This document shows, in pieces, positions 32,912 through 41,927 of a DNA stretch of 64,000 nucleotides (positions are counted from its first letter, which is position 1; each line of letters begins with the position of its first letter). The DNA lies in NCBI GenBank assembly GCA_963793055.1, contig CAWBYS010000018.1:5794-69793 (forward strand), read 5' to 3'. The stretch is from an uncultured Actinomycetota bacterium (lineage in GTDB: Bacteria; Actinomycetota; Actinomycetes; Mycobacteriales; Mycobacteriaceae). The notes under the pieces were generated by a model, which was given only the letters and a program-made list of their open reading frames with translations, ran no database searches and was not told the origin of the DNA. The translations under genes were made by a program, and so were the position numbers.

Positions 32912-34008
32912 GCAGGCACCGCGACGCCGTGCGCACTGCACGCAGCATCGTCGTGAAGGTCGGCACCACCGCGCTGACCACATCGTCCGGAGTGTTCGAC
33001 GTGGGCAGGCTGGCCGTCCTGGCCGACGCGATCGAGGCCCGGATGGAGGCGGGCTCCGACGTCGTCATCGTCTCGTCCGGGGCGATCGCCGCGGGTATCG
33101 AGCCGCTGCGGCTGTCCAAGCGACCCGCGGACCTGGCCACCAAACAGGCCGCGGCAAGTGTCGGTCAGGTCGCGTTGGTCAACTCGTGGAGCACGGCATT
33201 CGCGCGGTACAGCCGCACGGTCGGCCAGGTGCTGTTGACCGCGCACGACATCTCGATGCGAGTGCAGCACACCAACGCTCAACGCACACTCGACCGACTG
33301 CGGGCGCTGCACGCCGTCGCGATCGTCAACGAAAACGACACCGTGGCGACCAACGAGATCCGGTTCGGCGACAACGACCGGCTCTCCGCCCTGGTGGCCC
33401 ATCTCGTCGGCGCCGATGCCCTGATCCTGCTGTCCGATATCGACGGCCTCTACGACTCCGACCCGAGGAAGGGTGACGCGCGCTTCATCGAAGAAGTGTC
33501 CGGACCCGCGGACCTGGACGGCGTGATCGCGGGAAGGGGCAGTCATCTGGGCACCGGCGGGATGGCGTCCAAGCTGTCCGCGGCGTTGCTTGCCGCAGAC
33601 GCCGGCGTGCCGGTGCTGCTGGCAGCGGCGTCGGACGCCGCAACCGCGCTTGTCGACGCATCGGTCGGGACGGTGTTCGCGCCTCGCGCCGAACGCATGT
33701 CGGCGCGCAGGTTCTGGGTCCGGTACGCGGCCGAGGCGTCGGGCGCGCTGACGCTGGACGACGGCGCGGTGAGTGCCGTTGTGCGGCAACGCCGCTCGCT
33801 GCTGCCTGCGGGAATCACTGCGTTATCGGGTCGGTTTTACGGTGGCGACGTCGTGGAGTTGCGTTCGCAGGACGCGACGATGGTCGCCCGCGGCGTGGTC
33901 GCCTACGACCATTCGGAACTCGCGACGATGCTCGGTCGATCGACGTCGGACCTGCCCGCCGAGATGCGCCGCCCCGCCGTGCACGCCGACGATCTGGTGG
34001 CCGTTTAG
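32908..34008 (+). CDS. proB: Glutamate 5-kinase
   Basis: [41 protein letters not shown] domain. Confidence 0.98.
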   Translation: MSRHRDAVRTARSIVVKVGTTALTTSSGVFDVGRLAVLADAIEARMEAGSDVVIVSSGAIAAGIEPLRLSKRPADLATKQAAASVGQVALVNSWSTAFARYSRTVGQVLLTAHDISMRVQHTNAQRTLDRLRALHAVAIVNENDTVATNEIRFGDNDRLSALVAHLVGADALILLSDIDGLYDSDPRKGDARFIEEVSGPADLDGVIAGRGSHLGTGGMASKLSAALLAADAGVPVLLAAASDAATALVDASVGTVFAPRAERMSARRFWVRYAAEASGALTLDDGAVSAVVRQRRSLLPAGITALSGRFYGGDVVELRSQDATMVARGVVAYDHSELATMLGRSTSDLPAEMRRPAVHADDLVAV

Positions 34009-34571
34009 AAGAGCCTGACGAGTAGCGATTTGAGTTTTTCGGCGCGCCGCTGCGCGGTTGTCGTCGGGTCATCGTCGGCCGGTCGAACGGCTACGCCATG
34101 CTTTTGCGCGGTTTCGGTGAGCGACGTCTTCACCTCCGGAGCGGCGAGCAGCAGAGTAGCGACGATGCCCGGCCTGAGCGTTCGATGGCGGATGACACCG
34201 CGGTAGTGCACCTCGGCGGGGATCCGTACCTCGAGCGCGTTGCCGAGCACGCCGCCCGCAACAGCGACGAACAGCGTCAATGCGGCCTGCGACGCCGCGT
34301 CGAGCGCGAGTCCACGGAACGGGAACCACGGCACCGGCAGTCGGTCGATCTGTTTGTCGAGAGCACCGGACAGCAGGTAACCGACCAACTTGGGCGCCTC
34401 GATCTCGTCGACGTCGGCCCAGTTGACGGCGTCACCGTCGAATTCGACGGCGTCCTCGCTGATCGCCACGCCGCCGAAACGGTTCATCAGGCGTAGCAGT
34501 CCGCGGACCATCTCGGGCCCGGGGGCGAGCGCCGCGAGCGCGTCGCCGATGCCGAGCGAGACGTCTTGCAC
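34005..34571 (-). CDS. Hypothetical protein
   Basis: 188-aa ORF filling the gap; GTG 6 nt after TAGGCT. Confidence 0.7.
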   Translation of the reverse strand: MQDVSLGIGDALAALAPGPEMVRGLLRLMNRFGGVAISEDAVEFDGDAVNWADVDEIEAPKLVGYLLSGALDKQIDRLPVPWFPFRGLALDAASQAALTLFVAVAGGVLGNALEVRIPAEVHYRGVIRHRTLRPGIVATLLLAAPEVKTSLTETAQKHGVAVRPADDDPTTTAQRRAEKLKSLLVRLF

Positions 34572-34580
34572 AGGTGCAGC

Positions 34581-35411
34581 CTATGCGGCCACCGGTGGCA
34601 ACTCATCGGCGAGCAGCGCCAGCATCGGTGAGCAGCCGTTGTCGATCTTGACCGTCGCCAGATCGTCGCCGCGCGTGCGTCCGCGGTTGACTATTGCGAC
34701 CGGGATGCCCAGCGCGGCGGCGTGCCGGACGAACCGGTAGCCCGAGTAGACCGTCAACGACGAACCCGCCACCAGCAGGGCATCGGCCCGGTCGACTACT
34801 GAAAATGCTTGCTCTACACGGTCTTTGGGGACGCTCTCGCCGAAGTAGACGATGTTGGGCTTGAGCATGCCGCCGCAACTCGGACAGTCGATGATCGTGA
34901 AGGCGGAGGTGTCACCGACGATCGCGTCGGCGTCGGGCGCCACGGCGATGCCGCCCACCTTCTCCGCGCGCTCGGCGAATCCGGGGTTGGCGTTCTCGAG
35001 TAGTTCGGCAAGGTCGGCGCGGGCCATCGTGTACCCGCAGTCCAGGCAGATCACCTGGTTGTAGGTGCCGTGCAGGTTGACCACCGAGCGGCTGCCGGCC
35101 TTGGTGTGCAACAGGTCGACATTTTGCGTGATGAGACCCGTCACCACGCCGGCCCGTTCCAGCGCTGCGAGCGCTCGGTGACCGGCGTTGGGCAGCGTCT
35201 CATGCATGTGCCGCCAGCCCACGTGATTGCGCGCCCAGTACCGCTGCCGGAACACCGGGTCGGTGGTGAACTGGCGGATGGTCATCGGGTTGCTCGGCGG
35301 CGAGTCCGGCCCGCGGTAGTCCGGGATGCCGGAATCGGTGGACATCCCGGCGCCGGTGAGCACCGCGACCCGTCGTTCCCGCAGGATGGAGACGAGTTCT
35401 GGTGCTTCCAC
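34581..35411 (-). CDS. Sir2-family NAD-dependent enzyme (SIRT4-like class)
   Basis: TGAGMSTDSGIPDYRG, RQRYWAR, ITQNVD, LHG, CxxC..CxxC, KPNIVYFGE, GSSL. Confidence 0.95.
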   Translation of the reverse strand: MEAPELVSILRERRVAVLTGAGMSTDSGIPDYRGPDSPPSNPMTIRQFTTDPVFRQRYWARNHVGWRHMHETLPNAGHRALAALERAGVVTGLITQNVDLLHTKAGSRSVVNLHGTYNQVICLDCGYTMARADLAELLENANPGFAERAEKVGGIAVAPDADAIVGDTSAFTIIDCPSCGGMLKPNIVYFGESVPKDRVEQAFSVVDRADALLVAGSSLTVYSGYRFVRHAAALGIPVAIVNRGRTRGDDLATVKIDNGCSPMLALLADELPPVAA

Positions 35412-35426
35412 CCCCTCGAGGGTAGT

Positions 35427-35966
35427 TCAGCTGGCGGACTGCTCCTCCTGGTCGTCCTGCGTGGGCGCGTCCTCGTCGTCCTCGTCTTCGTCGTCTTCGT
35501 AGTCGTCCTCGTCCTCTTCGTCGTCCTCGTCGGCGAGGATGGTCTCGATGACCTCGACGTGCTTCTCAGACGACGTCGAATCCGACAGCGGCACGAAGAC
35601 GGTGAGAATGCCGCGGTCGTAGGTGGCGTGGATCTCGTCCTCGTCAGCGCCCGCGGGCAGTTCCACCGTGCGCTCGAATGACCCGTAGGAGAACTCCGAG
35701 ATCCCGTTCGACTCGCTGCGCTGAGCCCGGTCCGCCTTGATCGTCAATTCCCCGTCGCGAACGGTGACCTCGAGGTCTTCGATCGGATCGACGCCGGGCA
35801 GCTCGGCGCGGAGCTGGTAGAGCCCCTCTCGGCTCTCGTCCTCGAGGCGGATCACGTGGCTTTCGAAGAACGGACGCAAACCGGCGAACGCCGGAAAGCC
35901 GTTGAAGAGTTCAGACAGTTCGGGCAGCAAGGGCCGTGATTGACGTTGTACAGCAAGCTTATTCAC
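35427..35966 (-). CDS. Hsp20/alpha-crystallin (HspX-like) protein with acidic C-terminal extension
   Basis: PELSELF..FAGLRP, RAELPGVDP, SEFSYGSFERTVELP, ATYDRGILTV; SD GGAGG. Confidence 0.92.
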   Translation of the reverse strand: MNKLAVQRQSRPLLPELSELFNGFPAFAGLRPFFESHVIRLEDESREGLYQLRAELPGVDPIEDLEVTVRDGELTIKADRAQRSESNGISEFSYGSFERTVELPAGADEDEIHATYDRGILTVFVPLSDSTSSEKHVEVIETILADEDDEEDEDDYEDDEDEDDEDAPTQDDQEEQSAS

Positions 35967-36154
35967 GATTCCTCCAGACGTGGGTCGTGTCAGTCACGAT
36001 GCGCGACGCAATCAAACTCACCGGATCCTGCGAGGTGCACGCGGGCGAACTGCAGGCCAACAGAATTCGATGCGACTGCGACGGACTGGCCATGACGCTG
36101 CGCAAACGACCGGGGTCCTGCACACACCGGCTGGTTTTGGGGCAAGAATGAGGC

Positions 36155-38197
36155 ATGGACTTCTACTCGGCCTACCACCACGGCTTCGTCCGTGTGGCCG
36201 CGTGTACGCACAAAACGACCATTGCCGACCCGGCATCCAATGCCGACTCGGTGATACAGGTGGCGCGGGCATGTCACGACGACAGCGTCGCGCTGGCGGT
36301 CTTTCCCGAGTTGACGCTGTCGGGCTATTCGATCGAGGACATCCTGCTGCAGGACACGTTGCTGGATGCGGTCGAGGACGCGCTGCTCGACGTCGTGGTG
36401 GCGTCCTCGGAACTGATGCCCGTACTGGTCGTGGGCGCACCGCTTCGCTATCAGCACCGGATCTACAACACCGCGGTCGTCATCCACCGCGGCCGGGTCC
36501 TTGGTGTCGTGCCGAAGTCCTACCTGCCGACCTACCGCGAGTTCTATGAGCGACGCCAGGTGGCGGCTGGTGACCTGGTGCGCGGGGCGATCCGGATGGG
36601 TGACGCGGACGTGCCGTTCGGGCCGGACCTGTTGTTCACCGCGACCGATCTGCCTGGCTTCGTGTTGCATGTCGAGATCTGCGAGGACATGTTCGTGCCC
36701 GTCCCACCGAGCGCGGAGGCGGCGCTCGCGGGTGCCACCGTGCTGGCGAACCTGTCCGGCAGCCCGATCACGGTCGGCCGGGCCGAGGATCGCTGCCTGC
36801 TGGCGCGGTCGGCGTCGGCGCGGTGCCTTGCGGCCTACGTGTACGCCGCCGCCGGCGAAGGCGAGTCGACGACCGACTTGGCGTGGGACGGCCAGACCAT
36901 GATCTGGGAGAACGGGACCTGCCTCGGGCAATCCGAGCGCTTCCCCAAGGGCGAGCGGCGCACGATCGCCGACGTCGATCTCGAGCTGTTGCGCTCTGAG
37001 CGACTGCGGATGGGCACGTTCGACGACAACCGGCTCCATCACGGGATCACGCCGGAGTCATTCCGGCGGGTGGAGTTTGCGCTCGATCCGCCGTCGGGCG
37101 ATATCGGCCTGCGTCGGGAGGTGGAGCGGTTCCCGTTCGTGCCCGCGGATCCGTCACGGCTGCAACAGGATTGCTATGAGGCGTACAACATCCAGGTCGC
37201 CGGTCTGGAGCAGCGGCTGCGCGCGCTGAAGTACCCGAAGGTCGTGCTTGGCTTGTCCGGCGGACTGGATTCCACCCATGCGCTGATCGTCGCGGCCCAC
37301 GCGATGGATCGAGAAGGCAGGCCGCGCAGCGACATTCTGGCGTTCACGCTGCCCGGCTTCGCGACCGGCGAACACACCAAGGGCAATGCTTATCGCCTTG
37401 CCGAGGCTCTCGGTGTGAGGTTCGAAGAGATCGACATCACGGCGACCGCGGAGCTGATGCTCAAGGAGATAGACCATCCGTTCTCGCGCGGCGAGAAGAT
37501 CTACGACGTCACCTTCGAGAACGTGCAGGCCGGGCTGCGCACCGACTACCTGTTCCGGCTGGCCAACCAGCGCGGCGGGATCGTGCTCGGCACCGGTGAT
37601 CTATCCGAACTTGCGCTCGGCTGGTCGACGTACGGCGTGGGCGATCAGATGTCGCACTACAACGTCAACGGCGGCGTGCCGAAGACCCTTATCCAGCACC
37701 TGATCCGCTGGGTCATCTCGTCCGGCCAGTTCGACGACGCGGTCAACGAGGTACTGCAGTCGGTGCTCGACACCGAGATCACCCCCGAGCTGGTCCCGAC
37801 CGGCGAGGACGAGGAGATTCAGAGCAGCGAGGCCAAGGTGGGACCGTATGTGCTGCAGGACTTCTCGCTGTTCCACGTGCTGCGATACGGGTTCCGGCCG
37901 TCGAAGGTGGCATTCTTGGCCTGGCACGCGTGGAGCGATCCCGAGCGCGGCGACTGGCCCTCCGGATTCCCGGAGAGCAAGCGGCCGTCCTACTCGCTCA
38001 AGGAAATCCGGCACTGGCTGCAGGTCTTCGCGCAGCGGTTCTATTCGTTCGCCCAGTTCAAGCGGTCGGCAATGCCGAACGGTCCCAAGGTGACGCACGG
38101 CGGGTCACTCTCACCGCGCGGCGACTGGCGCGCACCGTCGGACATGTCGGCCCGCATCTGGCTCGACGAGATCGAACGCGAGATTCCGGAGGACTAG
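36155..38197 (+). CDS. nadE: Glutamine-dependent NAD(+) synthetase
   Basis: FPELTLSGY, PKSYLPTYREFYE, EICED, SGGLDST, ENVQAGLR, QFKRSA. Confidence 0.98.
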   Translation: MDFYSAYHHGFVRVAACTHKTTIADPASNADSVIQVARACHDDSVALAVFPELTLSGYSIEDILLQDTLLDAVEDALLDVVVASSELMPVLVVGAPLRYQHRIYNTAVVIHRGRVLGVVPKSYLPTYREFYERRQVAAGDLVRGAIRMGDADVPFGPDLLFTATDLPGFVLHVEICEDMFVPVPPSAEAALAGATVLANLSGSPITVGRAEDRCLLARSASARCLAAYVYAAAGEGESTTDLAWDGQTMIWENGTCLGQSERFPKGERRTIADVDLELLRSERLRMGTFDDNRLHHGITPESFRRVEFALDPPSGDIGLRREVERFPFVPADPSRLQQDCYEAYNIQVAGLEQRLRALKYPKVVLGLSGGLDSTHALIVAAHAMDREGRPRSDILAFTLPGFATGEHTKGNAYRLAEALGVRFEEIDITATAELMLKEIDHPFSRGEKIYDVTFENVQAGLRTDYLFRLANQRGGIVLGTGDLSELALGWSTYGVGDQMSHYNVNGGVPKTLIQHLIRWVISSGQFDDAVNEVLQSVLDTEITPELVPTGEDEEIQSSEAKVGPYVLQDFSLFHVLRYGFRPSKVAFLAWHAWSDPERGDWPSGFPESKRPSYSLKEIRHWLQVFAQRFYSFAQFKRSAMPNGPKVTHGGSLSPRGDWRAPSDMSARIWLDEIEREIPED

Positions 38198-38200
38198 CGC

Positions 38201-38649
38201 CTACGCCGCCTCGTCCGGATCGACCAGGTAGCGCTCGGGGTGGTGGTAGTGGTTGGTGCGTCGCTGCCCACTTTCCAGGTGCGGAGGTGGGATCCATTCG
38301 GTGGTGCCGTCTGTGCGTTTTCGGGTGCGCCGGCCACCGGCTCCCCGGTCATCGCGGTGCGCGGGCCGAACAGTTCGGCATGCTTGATACGCCGCTGCGC
38401 CTCACCCTTGGAGATCCGCAGTCGGGTCGTCAGAACCTGGACCAACGACATCGCCCCCAGCGCCTTGGGGTCGGCCTCGGCGGCCAGTCGCGCCACCAAT
38501 CGGTTCTCGACGGCGGGCAGCGCCCACACCGCAGCCTTGAGCCGGTCCAGCTGCGCCAACAGCTCCGGGTGGGTCAGCTCATCCACCGAGGAGGCCTGCA
38601 TTTTCGCCAGACCGGCGACGACCAGGTCCACACCCGCGACGAACTCCAT
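38201..38649 (-). pseudogene. DUF222 / 13E12-repeat-family HNH gene with large internal deletion
   Basis: N-term ..[29 protein letters not shown] joined out of frame near 38330 to the family C-terminus [34 protein letters not shown]. Confidence 0.85.
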
Positions 38650-38652
38650 ACA

Positions 38653-38678
38653 TCGAACACTAGTTCGACCCGCCGACA
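38653..38678 (-). promoter_or_regulatory. DNA-damage promoter: LexA SOS box overlapping a PafBC (RecA-NDp) motif
   Basis: TCGAAC-ACTA-GTTCGA at 38653-38668; minus strand TGTCGG-N10-TAGTGT, 7 nt before ATG 38649. Confidence 0.85.
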
Positions 38679-38762
38679 AGTTTCGTGATCGCCCCAGCAG
38701 ACAGCACTCAGTCGATAGGCTCCGCAGTGTCAGGGCTACAGCGCGGACGGGGGGATTCCCTA

Positions 38763-39230
38763 ATGAACCAGAGACGAGAGACGGCTGAAGCGAAGCGAGC
38801 CCGCGAGAAGCAGCATGAGGAGGACGCTCGTCGATTGCGGGAGTTCGATGCCTTCGCGAAATTCTCGGAAGCCGACGTGGCGCGCATCGTGCGGGCAGCA
38901 CATCGGACCTCGACCTCGGGGCCATGGCCGCTGATCCGCGAGCAGACTCCGTCCGACGCCTGCTACATCCTGCTCAGCGGGGAGGCGGGGGTCTATGTCG
39001 GCAAGGACCGCATCGCCGTGGTGGGCCCCGGCGAGGTGATCGGCGAGTCGTCGCTCCGTCGCGGGAAACTGCGCAACGCGACCGTGACGACGACCGGACG
39101 GGCAGATGTGCTGAACATCTCACGCGATGATCTCAATCGCTTGCTCGGCGAGGTGCCTGCGCTGCGCGCGATGATGGACGAGACAGTCGAGCGACATGTG
39201 CCGGGGGCGGCGACCGCCGAGTCCGATTAA
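38763..39230 (+). CDS. Stand-alone cyclic nucleotide-binding domain protein
   Basis: LIREQTPSDACYILLSG, GPGEVIGE, RNATVTT; no HTH. Confidence 0.85.
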   Translation: MNQRRETAEAKRAREKQHEEDARRLREFDAFAKFSEADVARIVRAAHRTSTSGPWPLIREQTPSDACYILLSGEAGVYVGKDRIAVVGPGEVIGESSLRRGKLRNATVTTTGRADVLNISRDDLNRLLGEVPALRAMMDETVERHVPGAATAESD

Positions 39231-39234
39231 CCCG

Positions 39235-39432
39235 TTACTGGCGACTGGATCCCGGCCACCGGAGCTTGCCGGCGCCGATTGCGCCAACAAGCGCTCCGCC
39301 GAGGACCCCGACGGTAGACCACCACCATTGACCGGTCATTGCTCCTACGGTCACTCCGATGATCAGACCGATGATCAACGGCAACCAGAGCCAGCTTTCC
39401 TCCTGCTTGCTGTTCATCTGCTTGCGTGCCAT
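39235..39432 (-). CDS. Small two-TM membrane protein
   Basis: MARKQMNSKQEESWLWLPLIIGLIIGVTVGAMTGQWWW..; ATG 7 nt after TAGCGT. Confidence 0.65.
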   Translation of the reverse strand: MARKQMNSKQEESWLWLPLIIGLIIGVTVGAMTGQWWWSTVGVLGGALVGAIGAGKLRWPGSSRQ

Positions 39433-39442
39433 TTGATCCACG

Positions 39443-40060
39443 CTAGCGTGAACGGCTACGCAGACCGACCTTGGGTATGAAGCGGCCGACGCCGGCCAGG
39501 TAGTCACGGTAGGTGTCGCCATGCACCGCCAGCAGGTAGGGCTCCTCGACAAATCGCACTTGTAGTTCGATCGTGACGGCAAGGAGAACGAAGCCCGCGA
39601 TCGCGGCGACATTCGGTGTCACCAAAGCGATTCCGAGGCCGAAGACCAGCATGGCAGTGAAGATCGGATTGCGAACTCTGCCGAACACGCCCGTGCGCAC
39701 AAGCGTCGTCGTCTCGCTCGGGTCGACGCCGATGCGCCACGAATCTCCCATGTCGAGCTGGGCGTAGACGGTGGTGGCGATGCCGATGACCGCGACGGCG
39801 ACACCGGTCAGCTGAACCCAAACGGCATGCAGCGCAGGCAGTGGTGATAGTGCGCCGGCCAGCTGTAGTACCGGTGCGACGACAGCCACCACCAGTGCGA
39901 TGACGAACCACGCCCCGGCAAACCATTCGACCGACCCTGGTCGGCCGCTGACACCGCGGAATCCCGCCGATCCGGTGCGGCGACGCTGTTCCCAACTGCG
40001 CCAACCGAATCCGAGTACGGCGAAGACAGCGAAGAGCGCGAGTGCGACGATCGGCATCAT
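39443..40060 (-). CDS. Isoprenylcysteine carboxylmethyltransferase-family membrane protein (Rv2437-like)
   Basis: MGDSWRIGVD, LVRTGVFGRVRNPIF, VEEPYL..HGDTYRDY..VGRFIP. Confidence 0.9.
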   Translation of the reverse strand: MMPIVALALFAVFAVLGFGWRSWEQRRRTGSAGFRGVSGRPGSVEWFAGAWFVIALVVAVVAPVLQLAGALSPLPALHAVWVQLTGVAVAVIGIATTVYAQLDMGDSWRIGVDPSETTTLVRTGVFGRVRNPIFTAMLVFGLGIALVTPNVAAIAGFVLLAVTIELQVRFVEEPYLLAVHGDTYRDYLAGVGRFIPKVGLRSRSR

Positions 40061-40068
40061 CTGTCCTC

Positions 40069-40683
40069 TCAGTGGCAGCACGGGTCGCCGCGCCAAGCGT
40101 TGAGGCCTTCGCGGACCGCGATCGCGGCGATACCGATCGCGGCGACGGGATCGGCCCATGACAATCCCCACAGACTGTTGAGCACGAGGCCGGCGAGCAG
40201 GATGGCAGAGAGGTATGTGCACAGCAGCGTCTGTTTGGAATCGGCCACGGCCGAATGCGATCCCAATTCGCGGCCGGCGCGGCGTTGCGCCCACGACAGC
40301 ACCGGCATGACCGCCAGGCTGAGTGATGCGAGCGCGATGCCGATGACCGACGGGCGCGCTTCGCCCATGCCCGCGAGTGTGAGCACAGCGTCGACAGTGA
40401 CGTATGCCGCGAGCGCAAAGAAGGAGAAGGCGATGAACCGCAGGGCGGCCTTCTCGCGCGTCTCGGGATCCTTCGCGGAGAACTGCCACGCCACTGCGGC
40501 CGCCGATGAGATTTCGATTACCGAGTCCAGGCCGAATCCGATCAGTGCCGTCGACGACACCCGCGTCCCCTCGGTCAGCGCCACCACCGCCTCGATCACG
40601 TTGTAGGTGATCGTGGCCGCCACCAGCAGCCGGATCCGTCGGGCCAGCACCTCGCGTCGCCGTATCGACAAAGGCGCAGACAT
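40069..40683 (-). CDS. Cation efflux (CDF-like, TM-only) transporter
   Basis: TITYNVIEA, ALIGFGLDSVIE, ADSKQTLLCTYLS, WADP, C-terminal CCH; TGATG coupling to regulator. Confidence 0.85.
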   Translation of the reverse strand: MSAPLSIRRREVLARRIRLLVAATITYNVIEAVVALTEGTRVSSTALIGFGLDSVIEISSAAAVAWQFSAKDPETREKAALRFIAFSFFALAAYVTVDAVLTLAGMGEARPSVIGIALASLSLAVMPVLSWAQRRAGRELGSHSAVADSKQTLLCTYLSAILLAGLVLNSLWGLSWADPVAAIGIAAIAVREGLNAWRGDPCCH

Positions 40684-41012
40684 CAGCAGCAGGCGTTGGA
40701 ATCGGCGGCAGGGCAGCAGGCGGGGTCGACGCTCAGCACTAGACCGACGAGGTCGTCGAGGGCATGCGCGATCCGCTTGTCGGCGAGTTCGTAGCGGCTC
40801 CGCCTGCCCTCCGGTTGTGCGACAACCAGGCCGCAGCCGCGCAGACACGCCAGATGGTTGGACAGGATCTGTCGCGAGACGCCGATTTTGTCCGCCAGAT
40901 CGGACGGGTATCCGGGGCCGTCACACAGCAGAAGCAGGATCTCCGCGCGGGTGGGATCGGACAGCGCGTTGCCGAATCGCGACAGGGCGTCGCTGTGTGT
41001 CACCGTCTGCAT
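40683..41012 (-). CDS. cmtR: ArsR/SmtB metalloregulator, CmtR-like (Cd/Pb)
   Basis: ALSDPTR, SNHLACLRGCGLVV, EGRRSRYELAD, C-terminal CC..CC. Confidence 0.85.
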   Translation of the reverse strand: MQTVTHSDALSRFGNALSDPTRAEILLLLCDGPGYPSDLADKIGVSRQILSNHLACLRGCGLVVAQPEGRRSRYELADKRIAHALDDLVGLVLSVDPACCPAADSNACC

Positions 41013-41019
41013 GCCCGGA

Positions 41020-41041
41020 ACAGTACATCAGAATCTGTACT
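41020..41041. promoter_or_regulatory. Operator palindrome overlapping -10 of cmtR-like gene
   Basis: AGTACA-N8-TGTACT (41022-41041); minus-strand TACTGT 7 nt before ATG. Confidence 0.7.
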
Positions 41042-41049
41042 ATCCGCTG

Positions 41050-41102
41050 GTGATTTGTGTGCGTTCGGGAGCGCTGAGCGCAACAAAACGCACACGAACC
41101 GC
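41050..41102. repeat. REP-like inverted repeat
   Basis: GTGATTTGTGTGCGTT..GCGCTGAGCGC..AACGCACACGAACCGC. Confidence 0.7.
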
Positions 41103-41927
41103 TCAGAGGCGACCGTCGATTCGAAGGTCCGGATGCACCCAGTCGGGCGAGCGCCGCTCCTTGAACGCGCGGAAACCCTCCAGGGCCTCGGGCGAGCTGT
41201 AGCTGGCCTGCATGCCGATGCGGTCGAACAGGCCGAGGTAGTTATCGAGGCTGGACTTCACCACGCTTCTGGCCGCTGGGGCGGACCGGCAACACTGGCC
41301 GAGCACCTCACGAGCGGCGTCGAGCAGCTCGTCATGCGGCACGACTCGGGCGACCATGCCCCAGTCCTGGGCTTCTTCGGCGCTCAGCGTGCGGCCGGTG
41401 AACATGAGGTCGCGGGTGCGCACTGGACCGATGAGTCGGGTCAGCATCTGGCTGTAATACGTGTCGGCGATGCCGCGGAGCAGTTCGGGCACGCGGAACG
41501 TCGCGCGGTCACTCACCACCGCCATGTCGCTGCACAGCGCGATCTGAAGGCCGCCGCCCTGACACAGGCCGTTGACCGCCGACACCACCGGCTTGACGGA
41601 CTGGCGCAGCGTCTCGAACGGCGTGACGTCCATCCCGAGCGCGGACCCGAACGTCAGCCAGTTGTCGCTGCCGTCGCCGCCGCCGAGGTCGCCGCCGGGC
41701 GCGAACACGTCACCGGTGCCGGTGATCAGCAGACCGGCGAGGTCGGGGTCGGCGTCGACGTGGCGTACCGCGTACCGGATGCCGAAGTACATCGCGGGTG
41801 TCATCGCGTTGCGGGCCTCGGGCCGGTCGAGTCTGCAGACACCGAACGGACCCTCGCGCGTGAACCGTAGGTACGGCGTGCCCAGCCAGTCGCCGTCGGG
41901 TGGGCGGGGTGCGGTCGTGGATGTCAT
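41103..41927 (-). CDS. Enoyl-CoA hydratase/isomerase family protein
   Basis: LDRPEARNAM, FAPGGDL, KPVVSAVNGLCQGGG, EGFRAFKERRSP. Confidence 0.92.
   Translation of the reverse strand: MTSTTAPRPPDGDWLGTPYLRFTREGPFGVCRLDRPEARNAMTPAMYFGIRYAVRHVDADPDLAGLLITGTGDVFAPGGDLGGGDGSDNWLTFGSALGMDVTPFETLRQSVKPVVSAVNGLCQGGGLQIALCSDMAVVSDRATFRVPELLRGIADTYYSQMLTRLIGPVRTRDLMFTGRTLSAEEAQDWGMVARVVPHDELLDAAREVLGQCCRSAPAARSVVKSSLDNYLGLFDRIGMQASYSSPEALEGFRAFKERRSPDWVHPDLRIDGRL

Noticed and set aside
35967-36154. Structured leader or DosR box upstream of the HspX-like gene
   Set aside because: Only one modest stem and no convincing GGGAC..GTCCC palindrome
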